Notes under the pieces: generated by a model
Database searches by the model: none
The model's input: only the letters and a program-made list of their open reading frames with translations
What the model was told of the DNA's origin: nothing
NCBI GenBank assembly: GCA_036479435.1
Contig: JAZGFI010000235.1
Coordinates: 1-64,000, forward strand
DNA from: Planctomycetota bacterium
GTDB taxonomy: Bacteria; Planctomycetota; GCA-002687715; DRQF01
DNA length: 64,000 nucleotides
Reading direction: 5' to 3'
Translations under genes and position numbers: made by a program
Shown: one piece after another, positions 60,433 through 64,000 of the stretch
Position numbering within the stretch: the stretch's first letter is position 1
Layout: each line of letters starts with the position of its first letter

Positions 60433-60932
60433 TGACCGTCGTTCGTGCTTCCGATGCCACCGATTTGTTCGCGCACTGCGGCCTGTTCTTGGCGAACGGC
60501 CTCCAGACGAGCGAGTAGCAACTGGCGTTGCAGTTCACGCTCACGTTCTTGCGATGCCTTGAGCAGGTTCTGAAGGCGATCAATGTCGTCCTCGAGGCCG
60601 GCCTCTTGCGACAAGTTCATGCTTGATTTTTTCTCGTGGCGTTGGAGCTTCGCGGAAACCGTCTCGAGTTCGCCGCGCAAGCTCTCGCGGTCGGAACGCA
60701 GTTGCTCGATCATGGCGAGCTGGTTGTCTTCGATGTCGCGTTCGTCAAGAGTGGGTGCAGACTTGATCGTCGGCGCGCCCCGCGGCTCCGTGTCCGAGTC
60801 GCCGGCCGGCGGCATGGAGATCTTCAAGAGCGCCTCGTTGCCGCTACCGGTACTGGCGCAAGACCCGGCGAGCGACAGGCCAATGGAAAGCAGAAGGGTC
60901 AAGATGAACAATCGCTGTAGTTGGGTCTTCAC
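60429..60932 (-). CDS. Coiled-coil lipoprotein
   Basis: GTG 60932 in a GTGA overlap with GAGGAG RBS; signal ending in AGSC; heptad-rich C-half. Confidence 0.65.
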   Translation of the reverse strand: MKTQLQRLFILTLLLSIGLSLAGSCASTGSGNEALLKISMPPAGDSDTEPRGAPTIKSAPTLDERDIEDNQLAMIEQLRSDRESLRGELETVSAKLQRHEKKSSMNLSQEAGLEDDIDRLQNLLKASQERERELQRQLLLARLEAVRQEQAAVREQIGGIGSTNDGQ

Positions 60933-61162
60933 GGTGTAGTCTCCTCGGAATACTCGCACTCGATGATGATCGTCTTGCCGCAAGAGCAAGCGACTTCAAT
61001 GGCTTTGATTTCGTCGCCTTCGCGGTGCAAGACAATGCTGGGTTCTGGCCCCTGGGGACGGCTTGCCGTCTCGGAAGCAGCAATGCCGACGGACAGCCCC
61101 AAAGTGGGCGCTCCTACCTGAATACGGCCTTTCTTAATGATGCGCCGCGTGGGGACGGTCAT
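60929..61162 (-). CDS. Small Cys-containing protein (CxC...C)
   Basis: 77 aa; CAGGAG RBS; abuts the fliA stop; IEVACSCGKTIIIECEY. Confidence 0.65.
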   Translation of the reverse strand: MTVPTRRIIKKGRIQVGAPTLGLSVGIAASETASRPQGPEPSIVLHREGDEIKAIEVACSCGKTIIIECEYSEETTP

Positions 61163-61924
61163 TCAGATCTCCTGTTTGTTTTCGTAACTGAGCGCCTGGT
61201 TGAGGCGAAAAACCGCGCGGCTATGCAGCTGAGAAACGCGCGACTCCGTGACGCCCAAGATGGCACCAATTTCCTTCAACAGCATGCCCTCTTTGTAGTA
61301 AAGCACGATCATGTGCCGCTCGTTTTTGGGCAGGGCCGCGATGGCTACCTGAAGCTGCGCTTTGAGTTCGTTGCGCTCTGAAAGATCGGCTGGCGTCGGG
61401 GTGTTCATGCACGACAAGCAGGCGGCGAGACTAGAATTCTCCTGCCCTTCGCTGTTACTCTCGCCTTGGTCGAGAGAGAGAATGGCCGCGCCGTGCATGT
61501 TCACTAAGACACTCTCGACCTGTTCGATCGAAAGCCCCATGGCGTCGGCGATTTCTTCGGGAGTGGCGCAGCGGCCAAGCTCTTCTTCCAACTCGTCGGC
61601 TGCCTGCTTTACTTGCTTGATCCGATCGCGGCGCGAGCGAGGCAAGACGTCGTGGCGTCTTAGCTCATCCAAAATGGCGCCGCGGATGTTGACATAGGCG
61701 TGGGTCTTGAACTGCGCACCCTTGTTGGGATTGAATGACTTCGCCGCGTTCATCAAGCCGAGGACACCAACTTCAAAAAGATCGTCTTGATCCATGAAGG
61801 CCGGCAGCGACAGCGGCAAACGCCCAATCACATGGCGAACGAGCGGCAAGTACTCTTCGACGAGAGTGTTGCGCTCTTTGTCCGTAATGGAACCGCGGGC
61901 GTAGGCGTCTTCGGCGTAACTCAT
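61163..61924 (-). CDS. fliA: FliA/WhiG family sigma28 factor
   Basis: EYLPLVR, DDL..GVLGL..A, IRGAILDELR..D..PRS.R, LYY.E...LKEIG.ILGVTESRVSQLH. Confidence 0.93.
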   Translation of the reverse strand: MSYAEDAYARGSITDKERNTLVEEYLPLVRHVIGRLPLSLPAFMDQDDLFEVGVLGLMNAAKSFNPNKGAQFKTHAYVNIRGAILDELRRHDVLPRSRRDRIKQVKQAADELEEELGRCATPEEIADAMGLSIEQVESVLVNMHGAAILSLDQGESNSEGQENSSLAACLSCMNTPTPADLSERNELKAQLQVAIAALPKNERHMIVLYYKEGMLLKEIGAILGVTESRVSQLHSRAVFRLNQALSYENKQEI

Positions 61925-62223
61925 GCTGCCTCAGAACCCGTGGCAGCCGGCAGCTCAGAATTTCTCGACACCTTGAGGCCAGATGATGGTGAGCGTCCGA
62001 GTTCTCTTCCGAGCGTGTGCATCAAGACACGGGTTAGCAGCGACAAGCCCACGAACATGATCACTCCCACCACCACCGCGCGGCCCATGGCGGTGGACAA
62101 TGCCACCCCTTGCCACAGGGCAGCAGCGTAGGCCAAGCCCGCAGTCGGGAGGGCGACCGTGGCGCCCACGAGCTTGCCAAGCAAGGCGGGGGCGCTGAGT
62201 TTTCGGGGCGGATTCTTCGCCAT
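61921..62223 (-). CDS. Small two-TM membrane protein leading the fliA operon
   Basis: GAGG RBS, two hydrophobic segments, ATGA overlap with fliA. Confidence 0.6.
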   Translation of the reverse strand: MAKNPPRKLSAPALLGKLVGATVALPTAGLAYAAALWQGVALSTAMGRAVVVGVIMFVGLSLLTRVLMHTLGRELGRSPSSGLKVSRNSELPAATGSEAA

Positions 62224-62255
62224 AGTCCTCGGATCCAGGTCTCCTTACGAAACCT

Positions 62256-62284
62256 TTATCGGCATTTTCATGCATCCACCCTGA
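62256..62284 (-). promoter_or_regulatory. Putative sigma28 promoter of the fliA operon
   Basis: Minus strand TCAGG-N16-GCCGATAA with a perfect sigma28 -10 element, ~30 nt before the operon start. Confidence 0.55.
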
Positions 62285-62508
62285 GGCCCCGCCTGCATGA
62301 ATTCTCAGAGCCAGATTCGATTCGAGAGCCCCTTCTGACCTCGCGCAACCTGCCTTAACAGTATATTGACAAATGATTTAAACTGATCTGCCTGGATTTC
62401 TTCAGCGAAAACGCAAAGCCGACCGAAAGGTGGGTGCTCGGAGACGGCGACCCAACCAGGCGCGCGCCGAGCTCGAAAGCCTCTTTTTCTACGCAAAGGA
62501 GACGAGCG

Positions 62509-64000
62509 ATGAACTTCCTCGCCACCATCCCCTCTCGCCCCGCATTGACGCGGTCTTGGTCCCTCTTCATGACGATGACCCTGGTCGCCGCCGCCCTGCT
62601 TTTTGGCAGTGCCGCCTCCCTCATCGGGCAAACCGCCTACGTCGGCCTCTACGACAAAGGCAAAGGCCCAGCCTTTTTGGCTGAGCTCAGCAGCTTCAAG
62701 TCCTTCGTCAAGCACGACGCCACGATGGCCCAAAAGGGCCTCCGCCTGATCGACTTCAAAGCAACAGGCAGCGGAGCGGACCGGCGTTACCTCGGCAGCT
62801 ACGTCGCCGGCGGCGGCAAGCGTTTTTTGTCTCGCCTGGAGTCCTTCGGGGCTTTCTCTAAACACTTCTCGAAGAAATTCAAAGATGGCCTTCGTCTGAT
62901 CGACTTCGAGACCTTCAACTCCGCGGGAAAGCGCCACTACGTAGGCGTCTACCGTCAAGGCAAGGGCGGAGCCTTCCTCTCTCATTTCACCAAGTACAAG
63001 GCCTTTAGCAAACACCTCGCCACCGCCTACGGCCAAGGTTTGCGTCTGATCGACTTCGAGTGCTTTGTCGAAGGCGGCAAGCGCCACTACGTAGGCGTCT
63101 ATCGTCAGGGCAAGGGTGGCAACATTTTGGCGATGAAGGACAGTTGGAAGGGATTCCGCAGCAATCACAAAAAGCTCCTCGCCAAAAACCTCCGCCTCGT
63201 CGATTTTGACTACTACCGTGATTCTAAGAAACGCCACTACGTCGGCGTGTATCGCGCCGGCAAAGGCCCGTCCTTGGCACTTCGCCATTCGGGTTTCGAA
63301 GCCTTCAAGGCGAGCTACAGCAAACGATACAAAAAGGGCTTTCGCTTGCGCGACATTGAAGTCGTCCCCGCTCCGCCCTGGTCGAAGAAAAAGGCCGTAA
63401 GTGCCGCGATGGCGAAGTATCGTGCCGCCAACAAAGTCACCGGGATGAGCACCGCGATTCTAAAAGACGGTGAACTCGTGTACTGCGAGGGTAGTGGTTG
63501 GGAAGACCGCAAGAACAAAAAGAAGGCGGGCGCCAACACCATCTACCGCTTGGCTTCGGTCTCCAAGCCCATCACTTCGACGATTGCCATGCGCCTCGTG
63601 GATCAGGGAAAACTCGACATCACCCGCGATGCGCGGGCCTACGCCAAGGGCCTCCCCAAGAAAAAATGGTCGTTCACCGTACGTGACCTCATGTGCCACC
63701 TCTCCGGAATCCGCCACTACGCGGGCAGCAACGACCCGATCCGAAACGTGAAGAAAGAGTATGCAACCTGCACGGAGGCGATGAACTTGTTCAAAAACGA
63801 CCCCCTAAAGTTCAAGCCGCGCACCAAGGTAGCTAAGTCCTACAGCACCCCGGCCATCACCGTTCTCGGCGCTTGTATCGAAACCGCCGCTAAGCGTTCT
63901 TTCAAGTCTCACTTCGAAGCGCTCATCACCAAGAAGTTCGGCTGCAAGACTTTCCGCGCCTACAACGCCAAATCAAAACTGCCGCACGTCTCCAAACTCT
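62509..64000 (+). CDS. Secreted serine hydrolase (beta-lactamase/PBP-like) with five N-terminal 50-aa tandem repeats; truncated by the window end
   Basis: Not in the ORF track because no stop is reached. AAGGAG RBS and ATG 62509; signal peptide; repeats GLRLIDF...RHYVGVY at 150-nt period; IYRLASVSK (SxxK) at 63556, LMCHLSGI, YST at 63841. Confidence 0.85.
   Translation, partial: MNFLATIPSRPALTRSWSLFMTMTLVAAALLFGSAASLIGQTAYVGLYDKGKGPAFLAELSSFKSFVKHDATMAQKGLRLIDFKATGSGADRRYLGSYVAGGGKRFLSRLESFGAFSKHFSKKFKDGLRLIDFETFNSAGKRHYVGVYRQGKGGAFLSHFTKYKAFSKHLATAYGQGLRLIDFECFVEGGKRHYVGVYRQGKGGNILAMKDSWKGFRSNHKKLLAKNLRLVDFDYYRDSKKRHYVGVYRAGKGPSLALRHSGFEAFKASYSKRYKKGFRLRDIEVVPAPPWSKKKAVSAAMAKYRAANKVTGMSTAILKDGELVYCEGSGWEDRKNKKKAGANTIYRLASVSKPITSTIAMRLVDQGKLDITRDARAYAKGLPKKKWSFTVRDLMCHLSGIRHYAGSNDPIRNVKKEYATCTEAMNLFKNDPLKFKPRTKVAKSYSTPAITVLGACIETAAKRSFKSHFEALITKKFGCKTFRAYNAKSKLPHVSKL

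Noticed and set aside
62405..62460. c-di-GMP-I riboswitch-like GCAAAGCCGACC-GAAA-GGTGGG upstream of the serine hydrolase
   Set aside because: Only a P2-like GAAA hairpin with a mismatch; the following GACGCAAA junction and P3 receptor arm are missing. An Infernal search with the c-di-GMP-I model would settle it
62305..63288. 327-aa minus-strand repeat-containing ORF
   Set aside because: Antisense of the real repeat-containing serine hydrolase, which has the RBS, signal peptide and catalytic motif

Overview
A GC-rich bacterial chromosome segment that very likely spans the replication origin. The gene content (Lpt/Kdo genes, TatA style, GyrA QRDR, sigma28 neighbours) suggests a diderm PVC/Planctomycetota-like organism; this is inference, not a search result. 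Core loci are scpA, kdsD-kdsC-[986-aa LptC/A-like]-lptD-tatA, dnaA-dnaN-DUF721-gyrB, a DnaA-box cluster (candidate oriC, ~25.1-25.5 kb, about 8 kb from dnaA), a perfect parS with a parA-like gene and parB, purM, rnhC, gyrA and tRNA-Leu(GAG). Accessory loci are a bacillithiol operon with an embedded methyltransferase, an orphan MglA GTPase, a large HPr-fusion protein, a FliA/FlgM-like module with no flagellar structural genes nearby, and a partial repeat-containing serine hydrolase. The most striking element is a 1310-aa MurG-FHA-like-MurJ-HEAT fusion coupled to a stand-alone mraY, a possible two-gene lipid II make-and-flip unit outside any dcw cluster. Also notable are a ParA with no recognisable Walker A motif and several other apparent pseudo-enzymes. 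No CRISPR array, rRNA, transposase or integrase was seen. All family calls come from recognising motifs by eye.
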